Source: a virus (lineage: Duplodnaviria; Caudoviricetes). Taken from it: 64,000 nucleotides of DNA. The notes under the pieces were generated by a model. It was not told the DNA's origin. It made no database searches and saw only the letters and a program-made list of their open reading frames with translations. Location: IMG/VR virus record IMGVR_UViG_2974513674_000001, positions 32,001-96,000 of that record, one strand, 5' to 3'. The position numbers and the translations under genes were made by a program. This document shows positions 1 to 9,212 of the stretch, piece by piece; the stretch's first letter is position 1, and every line of letters starts with the position of its first letter.

Positions 1-2001
1 GAGAACGACAAGAACGGCAAGGTGATCGAGAAGCAGGTGACCATCGTCAAGGAGATTATCGGAGACGACTGCATCTGCACCGACGAGCCGGACTACACCT
101 TCGAGCCGACCTACCCTAACTCCGAGTTCCCTGACGACTGGACGACCGGTACGACTATCTCGATCAGCGTCTACTCGGCCATGACTGGCGACATCAAGAA
201 CACCGACGTGATTCCTGTTGTAGACACAGCCGGCTTCTTCCCGGGTGACCTGGTGTACATCAGCGATGCCCGTACCGAGCGGGACGTAATGAACACCACG
301 CCGCCGGCGAACCTGCTGTCTGCTGCGGTCATGGAAATCTGCCGTATCGCCGCCATCGAAGGCAACAACATCCGCCTTGAGCGCGCAGTCCGTCGTGAGT
401 ACCTGACTGCCTGGTCTGCTGGTGTGACCAAGATGGACGCCATCAAGAACAGCCACATCAAGCTGCGCGGTGTGACCTGGAACGCACCACAGCCAGATCG
501 GAAAGCGCACGGCGCCGCGATCAACTACGGCTGGGGCTGCACCGTCAAGGTCGACGAAATGCAAGGTCGCGGTGGCCGGAAAGGTATCGGTGTGCGTGTT
601 GCCTACGCCTACGACTGCCACGTTCTGGAGTCCAAGATTTACGACGCCTTCAGCTTTGGTTCGGCCGAAGGCTACGGCATCAGCTTGTACTACTCGACCA
701 TGTGCTCGATTCGCTTCTGCAACGCCAGCGGCAACCGTCACAACTACCTGCTTCAGACCTCGACTTCGTGTGAAATCCTCGACAACCACTCGAACGATGA
801 CTACATCAGCGGGATCGACTTGCACGGTGCCGGCTCTGTTGACTGCCGTGTGATGCGCAACCGTTGCTCGCGCTCGAAGTCGTATGCGGACGGTGTGACC
901 AACGGCGGCGCGATTCGTAACGGCAACACCTCGCACACCATCGGCGACCACCGCACTGTGATTGCGGACAACTACATCGAAGGCTACCTGGACACCAAGT
1001 GTGCAGCCATCGACGTGTCCCCGTCCTCGCAAGACGTGATCGTCCGCAACAACGATGTCGTGGACTGCCGCGTAGGCTTCCGTCACTACAAGATCAACAG
1101 CGGCATCAGCCCTGTTCAGCGAGCCAACCGTGTGACCCTGGAAGGGAACAACTTCACTCGGGTCGAGCAGATTCTGGACGTGAACAACTACGCCAACTCG
1201 GTCTTCGACGAGGTGATCCTGATCGGCAACAAGTCCATCGAGAACAAGCAGCACTTCGTGGTGAAGAACATCCCGAAAGTCCTGGCGATGGAGAACAAGA
1301 TCATCCGCCCAGTACCGACGGCCGGCGCGCACGCATTCGAGTTCGACGGCTGCGGTAACGTGAAGGCTTACAGCAACTACGCCGGTGAAGCTGCGCGTGC
1401 GTTCAAGATCACCGGCACCGCCTATGCGAAGCTGGTCCGCAACATGCTGGATGACTGCACCGAATCGACCGGTATCACTGACGGTGGCGGTAACGGAACT
1501 GTGATCAGCCTTCAGAACACCGACGTGCCAGCAGGTGGCGGTGGTACTGCGGCGCCGGTGAAGATGACTCGCATCGACGGCACCCTGGCTGTTAACGCAA
1601 CCAGCACCGACCCGGTGAACATCAACACCGACGTGCCGAGCATCGCAAACGGCCTGACAGCCGTTCAGGGGCAGGTAAGTGTCGCAGTCGGGAGTTTGAT
1701 CGAGGTCTACGCAATCGCCCCGTATGTGAGCATGGGCGGAACTACAGGCCCGGTGACTGCGCATCTGTGGGCAGATGGGGTTCGGGTAGCAACTTCGGTT
1801 GACCGCATCACTGCATCCGGCGGCGCAGAGAACACCGGTGGTAAAGACTTCGTCCTGGTCGGGGTGTTCTACGCCACTGAGGAAATTCTGGACCTGGTGA
1901 TGAAGATCGGCCCGAACAGCAACGCCAACACCATCATGATGAACAGCAAGTGGGGCGGCGCGAGCCAGCCATACATCATCGTTAAGGAGTACCCGCAATG
2001 A
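1..2001 (+). CDS. Tailspike/depolymerase, right-handed parallel beta-helix (pectate-lyase-like); 5' end lies before the window
   Basis: Frame open from position 1; repeated beta-helix rungs (GIxLH, VIADNYI, IVRNNDV, LEGNNF); next to other tail and lysis genes. Confidence 0.75.
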   Translation, partial: ENDKNGKVIEKQVTIVKEIIGDDCICTDEPDYTFEPTYPNSEFPDDWTTGTTISISVYSAMTGDIKNTDVIPVVDTAGFFPGDLVYISDARTERDVMNTTPPANLLSAAVMEICRIAAIEGNNIRLERAVRREYLTAWSAGVTKMDAIKNSHIKLRGVTWNAPQPDRKAHGAAINYGWGCTVKVDEMQGRGGRKGIGVRVAYAYDCHVLESKIYDAFSFGSAEGYGISLYYSTMCSIRFCNASGNRHNYLLQTSTSCEILDNHSNDDYISGIDLHGAGSVDCRVMRNRCSRSKSYADGVTNGGAIRNGNTSHTIGDHRTVIADNYIEGYLDTKCAAIDVSPSSQDVIVRNNDVVDCRVGFRHYKINSGISPVQRANRVTLEGNNFTRVEQILDVNNYANSVFDEVILIGNKSIENKQHFVVKNIPKVLAMENKIIRPVPTAGAHAFEFDGCGNVKAYSNYAGEAARAFKITGTAYAKLVRNMLDDCTESTGITDGGGNGTVISLQNTDVPAGGGGTAAPVKMTRIDGTLAVNATSTDPVNINTDVPSIANGLTAVQGQVSVAVGSLIEVYAIAPYVSMGGTTGPVTAHLWADGVRVATSVDRITASGGAENTGGKDFVLVGVFYATEEILDLVMKIGPNSNANTIMMNSKWGGASQPYIIVKEYPQ

Positions 2002-2411
2002 GTGGTAGTAAATTTCTGACCAAGTTCACCGCCACTCAGCTTGAGCGGCGGAAGTGGGAGCTGACAGCAAAGCTCCGCCTGGTTGACGAGAAGCATGGCC
2101 CGATCACCGCAAGCCCGGGGTTCATCACGAACCTCGCGTCAATCGACGCGCTGCGCTATGTCGCACCCCTGATCTATGCGCTTCTGGTCGGCTACGGGAA
2201 CGCTAGCTGCACGATTCACGACATGCTGTATCAAGACGGGACTATCACCCGAAAAGAGTCTGACGACGTGCTGTATCGCGCCCTGCGGGCAGAGGGTGTA
2301 GCGCGCTGGCGTGCAGCCCTCTTCTGGGCAGGCGTGCGACTGTTCGGAGGGCGGTTCTACAACGACCAAGGGGCGAAACCTTTGGGTTCAGTTCAGATGG
2401 TTCAGTTGTAG
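1998..2411 (+). CDS. DUF1353-like phage protein
   Basis: PGFITNLASI...IHDMLY...RKESDDVLYRAL...WAGVRLFGG pattern. Confidence 0.7.
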   Translation: MSGSKFLTKFTATQLERRKWELTAKLRLVDEKHGPITASPGFITNLASIDALRYVAPLIYALLVGYGNASCTIHDMLYQDGTITRKESDDVLYRALRAEGVARWRAALFWAGVRLFGGRFYNDQGAKPLGSVQMVQL

Positions 2412-2465
2412 GCGCCTGCTGTATGATACGACTCTGCCACTTTTAAACGCTGATGGAGCCCCGAA

Positions 2466-2732
2466 ATGGCTGACATGATTGAAGATACGAGTGTTCCTAC
2501 CACCTGGGTTAACGCCCACACTATCAGTGGCATCGCCCCTGGTACGCCTATCACCATGCAGCCGGTCGGGGCATACCCAGTCCGTGCGATGATCAAGAAC
2601 GAGATTCCTGGCGAGGGTGTAGTCGCCGGCAATCGAATGCTGCCGAACACCATCTGGACCAGCTCGCTGGGCGATACGGTTTGGCTCAAAGCAGAAGGCG
2701 GGACCACCACCATCTGCATTCAGGAGGCGTAA
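2466..2732 (+). CDS. Small tail-associated protein, paralog 1
   Basis: 88 aa, clearly similar to 5200..5466 (MADMIxDT, WVNAHT, GIA, GDTVW, CIQEA); GGAG SD. Confidence 0.7.
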   Translation: MADMIEDTSVPTTWVNAHTISGIAPGTPITMQPVGAYPVRAMIKNEIPGEGVVAGNRMLPNTIWTSSLGDTVWLKAEGGTTTICIQEA

Positions 2733-2735
2733 AAA

Positions 2736-5099
2736 ATGGGACTGAAACAACTTCTTCCGGGCGGTGGCTCGGGCGGTGGTGGCGGTGGTGAAGGCCCAAC
2801 CGATGAACAACTGGAGCTGATCGGCGGCATTGCCAACGACGCGAAGACTATCGCTCAGGGCGCCAAGACTGAGTCTGCTGCTGCCGCTGCGAAAGCAGAC
2901 GCTGCGAAGACTGCTGCCGACGGCTACTCCGGCCAGATCACCGCGGCGAACACCAAGTCGGACGAAGCGAAGGCTGACGCACTTGCTGCTGCCGGTAAGG
3001 CTGACACTGCTGCTGCCAAAGCTGACGCTGTAACCGCGACCGCTGACGCTGCTGCGCTCGCTGCAAGCCAGGCCGGCACCAAAGCTGATACTGCGAAGTC
3101 GACCGCCGATACCGCCAAAGCTACTGCCGACGGTCTGTCTGCCGCGGTGACTGCTGCTGGCACCAAAGCTGACGAAGCGAAGACCACTGCCGACGGCGCC
3201 GCAACCGCGGTAGCTGGTGCGGTGACCAAAGCTGACGCCGCCAAAGCCGCTGCTGACGCAGCGAGCGCTGCCGCCGGTGATCATGAGGCTCGCCTCGACT
3301 CAATCGAAGGCACCGCTGCGTCCTGGATGGTCACGATTTCCCAGGCCAGCGCTGAAGCTGCCGCGGCAAACCTGGCCGCTCAGAGCGCAAAGGACCAGGT
3401 CACCAACATGGACACCGCTCTCGTTGCGGTGGGGACCAAAGCCGACAACGCGAAGACCAGCGCTGATGCTGCGACCACCGCGGCTGCTACCGCCGGCACC
3501 AAAGCGCAGACTGCTTTGGACGCAACTGACGGCCTGGCTACTGACATCGTCGCCGCACAGGGTGTAGCTGACGCCGCACAGGCCGCTGCCGACAGCGCTC
3601 TGGTTGCTGCGAACGCTGCGAACGCCAACCTGACCGATCTGCAAAACGACGTTGTGGCTGCGCAGGACAGTATCGAGGTGAACACCTTCGACATCACCGC
3701 CCTGACTACCCGCGTGACTACCGCAGAGGCAGACATCGCAGCTCTGGAGGCTGGTGGTGGAGGTGGTGGCGGTACTGCTGGTCCGCGAGCTTTCAAGACC
3801 CTCGCTCTTTACGGCGACTCCCTGTCGGGCAACAACAGCGACCTGTCGAAGCTGTACACCCGCGGCTTCCTGACGTTCGCTCTGCAAATGTCCGATCACC
3901 GCGTCTACTTCGACTCCAGCATGAACTTCGGTGTTGGCGGCGAAGACTCGGCAGCGATCCTGGCCCGTGTGAACACCGTCATCGCCAAGAAGCCTGACAT
4001 CGTTCTGCTGGAGACTGGCGGCAACGACACCAACCGCAGCATCGCGACCGACACCACTATCGCGAACGTGAAGGCGACCGTTGAAGCCCTGGTGAACGCC
4101 GGCATCCGGGTAATCCTCTGCACGATCTACCCAACGGCCGGCACCACCAACCCGGTTCACCTGACCGCGGTAGCAAAACTGAACCAGTGGATTCTGGACG
4201 CCAAGACCCGTTACAACCTGGTCGAAGTGCTGGATGCCTACGACGTGATGTTCAACAACACCACCGGTCTGGTGAAAGTCGGCTACACCTACGACACCAC
4301 TCACCCGGCAGCCTTCGGTAGCTGGCACCTGGGGCGTAAGCTGGCCGAAATCATCAAGCAGATGGTGCCGATCAACCGTCACTTGAAGCTGACCAGCCCA
4401 TATGATGCGTTCCATGCCACTGACTTCAAGCAGGGCAACCACTTCGTCAACCCACGACTGACGGGCACCGGCGGCACCAGTACGGGCACCGGCGCAAGCG
4501 GCACGATCCCAAACAACTGGATCGTTCGGATGGATGAAGCCCGGGGTGCGACCGTATCCTGCGCAGTGGTGGCAGATGACAACGGGTTCAACGTGCTGGA
4601 AATCACCCTGGGTGGCACCATCACTGCGGGCGCGCTGAACAACTGGGCCAACTACGGTCACATCTACATCGGCGAAGTGATGGGCAGCGATGCCAACACC
4701 ACCTGGAACAGCACGCCGCAGGGTTCGTACCTGCGCAACACTGCTACGTTCAAGTCGGTGACTCTGGAAGCAGAGGTCGAGAACCTGGTCGGTGTCGTTG
4801 CGGTAGGTTCGGAGATTTTCCACCTGTCTAACGGTGGCACCAGCAAGCCGATGCACGGTGACGGCCTGCTGACCCAGAACGTGTCCACTCCGAACACCAT
4901 CCCTGGCTCTCTGGCGTACCCAACTGAAGCGACTCCGCAGAAGTTGACCCTGCACAACGAGCCAGAGACTCACACCGGTGTGGCCAACGGCTACCGCTTC
5001 GGTCTGCACATCAGCCTGCTCCCAGGTACTGCTGTCAGCGGCAAGATTCGCATCCAACGGCCTGCCATGCGGGCATACGAAGCGAAGTTGGTCGTATAA
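2736..5099 (+). CDS. Tail fibre-like protein: Ala-rich coiled-coil stalk plus SGNH/GDSL esterase domain
   Basis: AKADAA-type repeats, Gly linkers, SGNH blocks YGDSLS / NFGVGG / GGND / DTTHP. Confidence 0.75.
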   Translation: MGLKQLLPGGGSGGGGGGEGPTDEQLELIGGIANDAKTIAQGAKTESAAAAAKADAAKTAADGYSGQITAANTKSDEAKADALAAAGKADTAAAKADAVTATADAAALAASQAGTKADTAKSTADTAKATADGLSAAVTAAGTKADEAKTTADGAATAVAGAVTKADAAKAAADAASAAAGDHEARLDSIEGTAASWMVTISQASAEAAAANLAAQSAKDQVTNMDTALVAVGTKADNAKTSADAATTAAATAGTKAQTALDATDGLATDIVAAQGVADAAQAAADSALVAANAANANLTDLQNDVVAAQDSIEVNTFDITALTTRVTTAEADIAALEAGGGGGGGTAGPRAFKTLALYGDSLSGNNSDLSKLYTRGFLTFALQMSDHRVYFDSSMNFGVGGEDSAAILARVNTVIAKKPDIVLLETGGNDTNRSIATDTTIANVKATVEALVNAGIRVILCTIYPTAGTTNPVHLTAVAKLNQWILDAKTRYNLVEVLDAYDVMFNNTTGLVKVGYTYDTTHPAAFGSWHLGRKLAEIIKQMVPINRHLKLTSPYDAFHATDFKQGNHFVNPRLTGTGGTSTGTGASGTIPNNWIVRMDEARGATVSCAVVADDNGFNVLEITLGGTITAGALNNWANYGHIYIGEVMGSDANTTWNSTPQGSYLRNTATFKSVTLEAEVENLVGVVAVGSEIFHLSNGGTSKPMHGDGLLTQNVSTPNTIPGSLAYPTEATPQKLTLHNEPETHTGVANGYRFGLHISLLPGTAVSGKIRIQRPAMRAYEAKLVV

Positions 5100-5113
5100 C
5101 CGACGAGAAGTAG

Positions 5114-5141
5114 AGAAAGGGCCAAATGGCCCTTTTTCTTT
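5114..5141 (+). terminator. Rho-independent terminator
   Basis: AAAGGGCCA-aa-TGGCCCTTT followed by T tract. Confidence 0.8.
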
Positions 5142-5154
5142 GGCGTCAGCGAAT

Positions 5155-5163
5155 TGCTATACT
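5155..5163 (+). promoter_or_regulatory. Extended -10 promoter (TGcTATACT)
   Basis: TGn + TATACT 37 nt upstream of the 5200 start. Confidence 0.5.
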
Positions 5164-5199
5164 GAGCCACATATTTCGTAACCCAATTGAGGAACAGAA

Positions 5200-5466
5200 A
5201 TGGCTGACATGATTGACGACACGGTAGTCACTGAAGTTTGGGTTAACGCCCACACCGCCACCGGCATTGCTGCTGGCAAACCATTGCTGCTCCAGAACAA
5301 AGGCCCGTTCAACGCGCTCATGTTCATCGGCGCAGTTCAACCCGGTGCCGGCTCCCTCAAGGGCTTCCGCGTGACCAATGACCGTGAGTGGGTTTCTGAC
5401 GAGGGCGATACCGTCTGGGTCAGGTCTGAGAACGATCAGTCCACCATGTGCATCCAGGAGGCTTAA
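5200..5466 (+). CDS. Small tail-associated protein, paralog 2
   Basis: 88 aa paralog of 2466..2732; GAGG SD. Confidence 0.7.
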   Translation: MADMIDDTVVTEVWVNAHTATGIAAGKPLLLQNKGPFNALMFIGAVQPGAGSLKGFRVTNDREWVSDEGDTVWVRSENDQSTMCIQEA

Positions 5467-5468
5467 TT

Positions 5469-6836
5469 ATGGGCGCTCGTCCTTTCAACCCAGGTGCAGG
5501 TGCATCTGGAGGCGGTGGCGGAAGCTCTTCGCCAGCCAAGCTCGGGGAATACCTGTCGGTCTGGGGTGACAGCCGTACCGCCCAGAACTGGACCACCAGT
5601 GTGAACCCGACCGTTCCCGGCCCGCTGTCTCGTAGTTGGGCCTGGTGGTCTGAAGCCCTGTCCGGTCGTGTTCGCATGACACACCGCTACAACTTCGGTG
5701 TCTCGGGTGACAGCACTGCTCAGCTCCTGGCGCGCATGACCGGCGACGTAGCGAATGGTGCGGGCGTGAAGCCAAGCGAAGTGCCAGCAGGTCCAGCAGT
5801 TCTGTTCATCGGCACCAACAGCGTCAACGCCGGCGTATCTGTTGCCGATTTGATGACCCAACTGAACGCCTGTATCGACTGGCTCCAGGGCAAGGGTCAC
5901 ATGGTGTTCGTCGTTGCTGAATGGCCACGCGGTACTGGTACGACTGAAGGCAGCAACGGCTTGTTGAGCGCGGCGAACCAGAAAACTCTGTACGCCTACG
6001 CCAGCGAGATTCGCCGCCTGAACGTGACCAAGAAAGGTGTGCATGTGGTCGATCCTTGGCCCTGGCTCGCTGACCCAACCAGCTCGAAAGCGTCGGTGAT
6101 CCCGAAAGCCTACAACGTGGACGGTCTGCACAACGCCCCAGGCAACGCTTTCATCGTGGGCGAGCTGTTGGCAAAAGCCTACGAGAAAGCAGGCTTGCCG
6201 AAGCAGGTGTTCCCCGTTGGCAGCCAAGACCTGTGGGATGTGACCAACCCATACGGCTGTCAGAACAAGAACCCGATGCTGACCCTGGGCGCCGGCGGCA
6301 ACAAGAGCACCAACGCCGACCCAGCCAGTGTCGTGCCCGAGAACTACACTCTGACCGCAACCACCGGTCTGACGGTGCTGGGCAGCTTCGTGACCGTGAC
6401 GATGCCGGACGGCAGCAAGCGCCCTGCATACCGGATGGTCGTGAGCGGTATCGCCGATGGGGCCGTGAACAACCCGAACATGATGCTTCGCCAGTCCTCG
6501 ATGTACGACGCCGAGAAGCAGAAGGTCGGTGACATCCTGGAAGCCGGGTACGAAGTGATCGTCGCCGACGGCCACAAGAACCTGTCGTCTGTGGGTATCT
6601 CGCTCACCAACGGCGTAACTGCGAACACCGCATACGGCGGCCTGCAACTGACTGGCGATCAGACCATGCCGGAAAGCTGCGTGAAGGGCTTCTACGCTAC
6701 TCCACGCACCAACGAGTTCACCGTTACATCGGCTGCTCAGTTGAACTTCGAGCTGCGGTTCTACTGCTCCGAAGCCGGCGCTCAGACCAACGTAACGGTG
6801 GATATTCTCGGGGCCTGGGTTCGCAAGAAGCAGTAA
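5469..6836 (+). CDS. SGNH/GDSL esterase tail protein without the long stalk
   Basis: WGDSRT / NFGVSG / GTNS / DGLHN blocks; N-terminus MGxxxxxPG + Gly linker as in 2736; start chosen from the GGAGG SD. Confidence 0.75.
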   Translation: MGARPFNPGAGASGGGGGSSSPAKLGEYLSVWGDSRTAQNWTTSVNPTVPGPLSRSWAWWSEALSGRVRMTHRYNFGVSGDSTAQLLARMTGDVANGAGVKPSEVPAGPAVLFIGTNSVNAGVSVADLMTQLNACIDWLQGKGHMVFVVAEWPRGTGTTEGSNGLLSAANQKTLYAYASEIRRLNVTKKGVHVVDPWPWLADPTSSKASVIPKAYNVDGLHNAPGNAFIVGELLAKAYEKAGLPKQVFPVGSQDLWDVTNPYGCQNKNPMLTLGAGGNKSTNADPASVVPENYTLTATTGLTVLGSFVTVTMPDGSKRPAYRMVVSGIADGAVNNPNMMLRQSSMYDAEKQKVGDILEAGYEVIVADGHKNLSSVGISLTNGVTANTAYGGLQLTGDQTMPESCVKGFYATPRTNEFTVTSAAQLNFELRFYCSEAGAQTNVTVDILGAWVRKKQ

Positions 6837-6854
6837 CCGTCCGTCGCGCACCAA

Positions 6855-6883
6855 AGAAAGCCACTCATTGAGTGGCTTTTTCT
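6855..6883 (+). terminator. Rho-independent terminator
   Basis: AAAGCCACTCA-t-TGAGTGGCTTT followed by T tract. Confidence 0.8.
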
Positions 6884-6903
6884 ATGTCGTCAATAAGTTC
6901 GCC

Positions 6904-6912
6904 TGTTAGAAT
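6904..6912 (+). promoter_or_regulatory. Extended -10 promoter for the lysis cassette (TGtTAGAAT)
   Basis: TGn + TAGAAT in the AT-rich gap before the holin. Confidence 0.45.
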
Positions 6913-6985
6913 ATTGCCAAATTGTCACTTGGACCTGAATGAATAGGTCCAAATCCCTTCAAACGAACAAATTGGGTGCCAAGAA

Positions 6986-7231
6986 TTGGATACTTCCGAC
7001 ATCACTTTGGAGGGATTGGCAGTGAAGATTGCACCGCCCGCAGCAGTAAGCGGCGCCGTGGTCTTGGGAATGACCCCAGCACAGTGGATCACCATCCTGA
7101 CCCTGGTCTATCTTCTGATGTCCATCGGTCTGTTGATCCCCAAGTATTGGGTGCAACTGAGAGAGTGGCGCGAAGCATGGAAAGCCGCTCGCAAAGCGAA
7201 GAAAGAGGGCAATGGGAATGGATCTGAATAA
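6986..7231 (+). CDS. Holin (T7 gp17.5-like, class II)
   Basis: APPxxV...GMTxxQW...VY...IG pattern, hydrophobic segments, basic C-tail; directly upstream of endolysin; TTG start uncertain. Confidence 0.75.
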   Translation: MDTSDITLEGLAVKIAPPAAVSGAVVLGMTPAQWITILTLVYLLMSIGLLIPKYWVQLREWREAWKAARKAKKEGNGNGSE

Positions 7232-7721
7232 GAAGCTGGTTGCGACCGGGTTCGCTGGAGCGCTTGCAGCCGCGGCGACCTTCATCGGCCCGGAAGAAGG
7301 GCTTGAACTCAAGCCGTACCAGGACATCGGTAAGGTGTGGACCGTGTGCTACGGTCACACCGGCAAAGACGTTATCCCGAACAAGTATTACACCCAGGCT
7401 GCCTGCGATGCGCTGTTCAAATCAGACTTGTGGGTTTCGATGTCGGGCGTGCTGCGTCATACACAGGGTGTAACGCTCCCTGAGCCCGTTCTGGTTAGTT
7501 TTACGAGCTTCGTCTACAACGTGGGCGAGAACAAGTTCAAAACGTCTACAGCGCGCTCCCTGCTCGTCCAGGGTAAATTCGTGGAAGCGTGTCACCAACT
7601 GCCGCGGTGGAAGTTCGCCGCCGGCTTGGACTGTTCGGTTCGAGCCAACGGGTGCCACGGCGTGTGGTCTCGCCGTCTGCGCGAAGAAGCCTACTGCATG
7701 ACAGGAGCGACCTCGAAATGA
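7212..7721 (+). CDS. SAR endolysin, GH24 lysozyme
   Basis: N-terminal Gly/Ala-rich SAR segment; E-x8-D-x5-T triad (EEGLELKPYQDIGKVWTVCYGHTG); FVYNVG. Confidence 0.9.
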   Translation: MGMDLNKKLVATGFAGALAAAATFIGPEEGLELKPYQDIGKVWTVCYGHTGKDVIPNKYYTQAACDALFKSDLWVSMSGVLRHTQGVTLPEPVLVSFTSFVYNVGENKFKTSTARSLLVQGKFVEACHQLPRWKFAAGLDCSVRANGCHGVWSRRLREEAYCMTGATSK

Positions 7722-8167
7722 TGCGAGTCACCGTAGTTCTACTGATCGCAGCAATCGGCCTGGGCAGCGCCTGGCAACTGGAGCGATCCAGAAGCCGGGT
7801 CAAGCTGCAAGACCAGACGATCACCACTCTGCAAGACCAGGTCAAGCGTGACGCGGCCACCATCGAGCAGGAGCGCGCATGGGCCTCCAATCGGGAAGAC
7901 GTCATCAAGGCGCTTTTAGAGATTGGCAAAGACGTCCAAAACATGCAGGATGAAATCAGGCAGCAAGACAGGGCGAGGGCCAAGACCCTCCAGGAGCTGA
8001 TCAAGAATGACAAGGCTATCCGCGACTACATGGCTCTTGCTGTCCCTGTTAATCTCGGGTTGCAGTACGAACGTCGAGCCACAACCGACCCGACCAACTA
8101 CGGGCCAAGTGGAAGCGTGTCCCCTAACGCCGTGCCTGCTGCCGGGAAGGGGAGCGCCGCAAAGTAA
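7718..8167 (+). CDS. Rz-like i-spanin
   Basis: N-terminal TM plus coiled coil, follows the endolysin. Confidence 0.8.
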   Translation: MMRVTVVLLIAAIGLGSAWQLERSRSRVKLQDQTITTLQDQVKRDAATIEQERAWASNREDVIKALLEIGKDVQNMQDEIRQQDRARAKTLQELIKNDKAIRDYMALAVPVNLGLQYERRATTDPTNYGPSGSVSPNAVPAAGKGSAAK

Positions 8168-8270
8168 CGAGGACTGGACCGCCGCGGTAGACGCCCTTGA
8201 AAGCGAACTGAAGGCGTGTGCGATCCAGGTCTTGAGCTGCATCAGGATTCAAAACATCCCCACGAAGTAA
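8007..8270 (+). CDS. Rz1-like o-spanin lipoprotein
   Basis: Lipobox LLISGC, Pro/Cys-rich, overlaps the i-spanin in another frame. Confidence 0.8.
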   Translation: MTRLSATTWLLLSLLISGCSTNVEPQPTRPTTGQVEACPLTPCLLPGRGAPQSNEDWTAAVDALESELKACAIQVLSCIRIQNIPTK

Positions 8271-8280
8271 GGAATAAGCC

Positions 8281-9051
8281 ATGTCTGGGAATCAAAGCCG
8301 TCAAAATCGTCGTGAACGCCGGGCCGAAGCACGCCGCGAGCGTAAACATGGTGAGAAATTCCCCGAGCTGACCGCCTCTCAACGAGAGACGGACGCCAAG
8401 CTCGAACGTGAAGCCAACCGCATTCGTTTTGGCGAGCTGGAACCTCGCAACGAAGCCCAGGCGCGCTGCATCCAAGTGATCGAAGACACCCGTCTCGCCT
8501 TCATCACCGGCCCGGCCGGCACCGGCAAGACCTTCCTGGCCATCAGCATTGCCTGTGAAATGCTGGAGCGCGGTGAAATCGAACGGATCGTCATCACCCG
8601 TCCGATGGTAGGCTGCGACGAAGACATGGGCTTCCTGCCTGGCACCGAGTGGGAGAAGTTCAAAGCCTGGATCGGCCCGGCACTCGAAGTTCTGGAGGGC
8701 AAGCTGGGCTCCAAGAAGGTCGAGAGCTACGTCGCCTACAAGAAGATCGTCGGCGCCCCGCTCATGATGATGCGTGGTTCGACCTTCCGTAACAGCTTCG
8801 TGCTGCTCGACGAGGCGCAGAACTCCACCAAGGGCCAGATGCAGATGTTCCTGACTCGTCTGGGCGAAGGCAGCCAGGTCATCGTAGCCGGCGACCTGCG
8901 TCAATCTGACCGCGCCGGTGACGACAACGGCCTGGCTGACGCAACCCACCGCTTCCGCAACAGCAAGGTGATGGGCCGGTTCGAGTTCGACGAAGACGAC
9001 ATCACCCGCGATCCACTGGTCCGGGAAGTCGTGAAGGCGTACCGGAACTGA
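8281..9051 (+). CDS. phoH: PhoH-family ATPase
   Basis: GPAGTGKT, ITRP, MGFLPG, MRGSTF, LDEAQN, LTRLGEGS, GDLRQSD. Confidence 0.95.
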   Translation: MSGNQSRQNRRERRAEARRERKHGEKFPELTASQRETDAKLEREANRIRFGELEPRNEAQARCIQVIEDTRLAFITGPAGTGKTFLAISIACEMLERGEIERIVITRPMVGCDEDMGFLPGTEWEKFKAWIGPALEVLEGKLGSKKVESYVAYKKIVGAPLMMMRGSTFRNSFVLLDEAQNSTKGQMQMFLTRLGEGSQVIVAGDLRQSDRAGDDNGLADATHRFRNSKVMGRFEFDEDDITRDPLVREVVKAYRN

Positions 9052-9057
9052 TAAACG

Positions 9058-9134
9058 CCGCGTCCACTCTTTCCCTATTCTTAACTACTGCTTACAAGAA
9101 GAGTTGTTATTAAATAGGGAAGAGTTGGACGCGG
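9058..9134. repeat. Long inverted repeat with AT-rich centre
   Basis: CCGCGTCCA-CTCTT(T)CCCTATT ... AATAGGGAAGAG(T)TGGACGCGG, about 21 bp of pairing with two bulges. Confidence 0.8.
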
Positions 9135-9212
9135 ACACCTCGCAAGTCCTCGTTGCAAACCCAGCTCGTTTCTCTCATCATCGTCGCTCGAATCACGCAG
9201 AGCACTCCCACG

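Noticed and set aside
2860-3630. DNA repeats (ACCAAAGCTGAC and similar) as a diversity-generating or mobile repeat
   Set aside because: Explained by the Ala-rich coiled-coil protein repeats; no reverse transcriptase or template/variable repeat pair seen.
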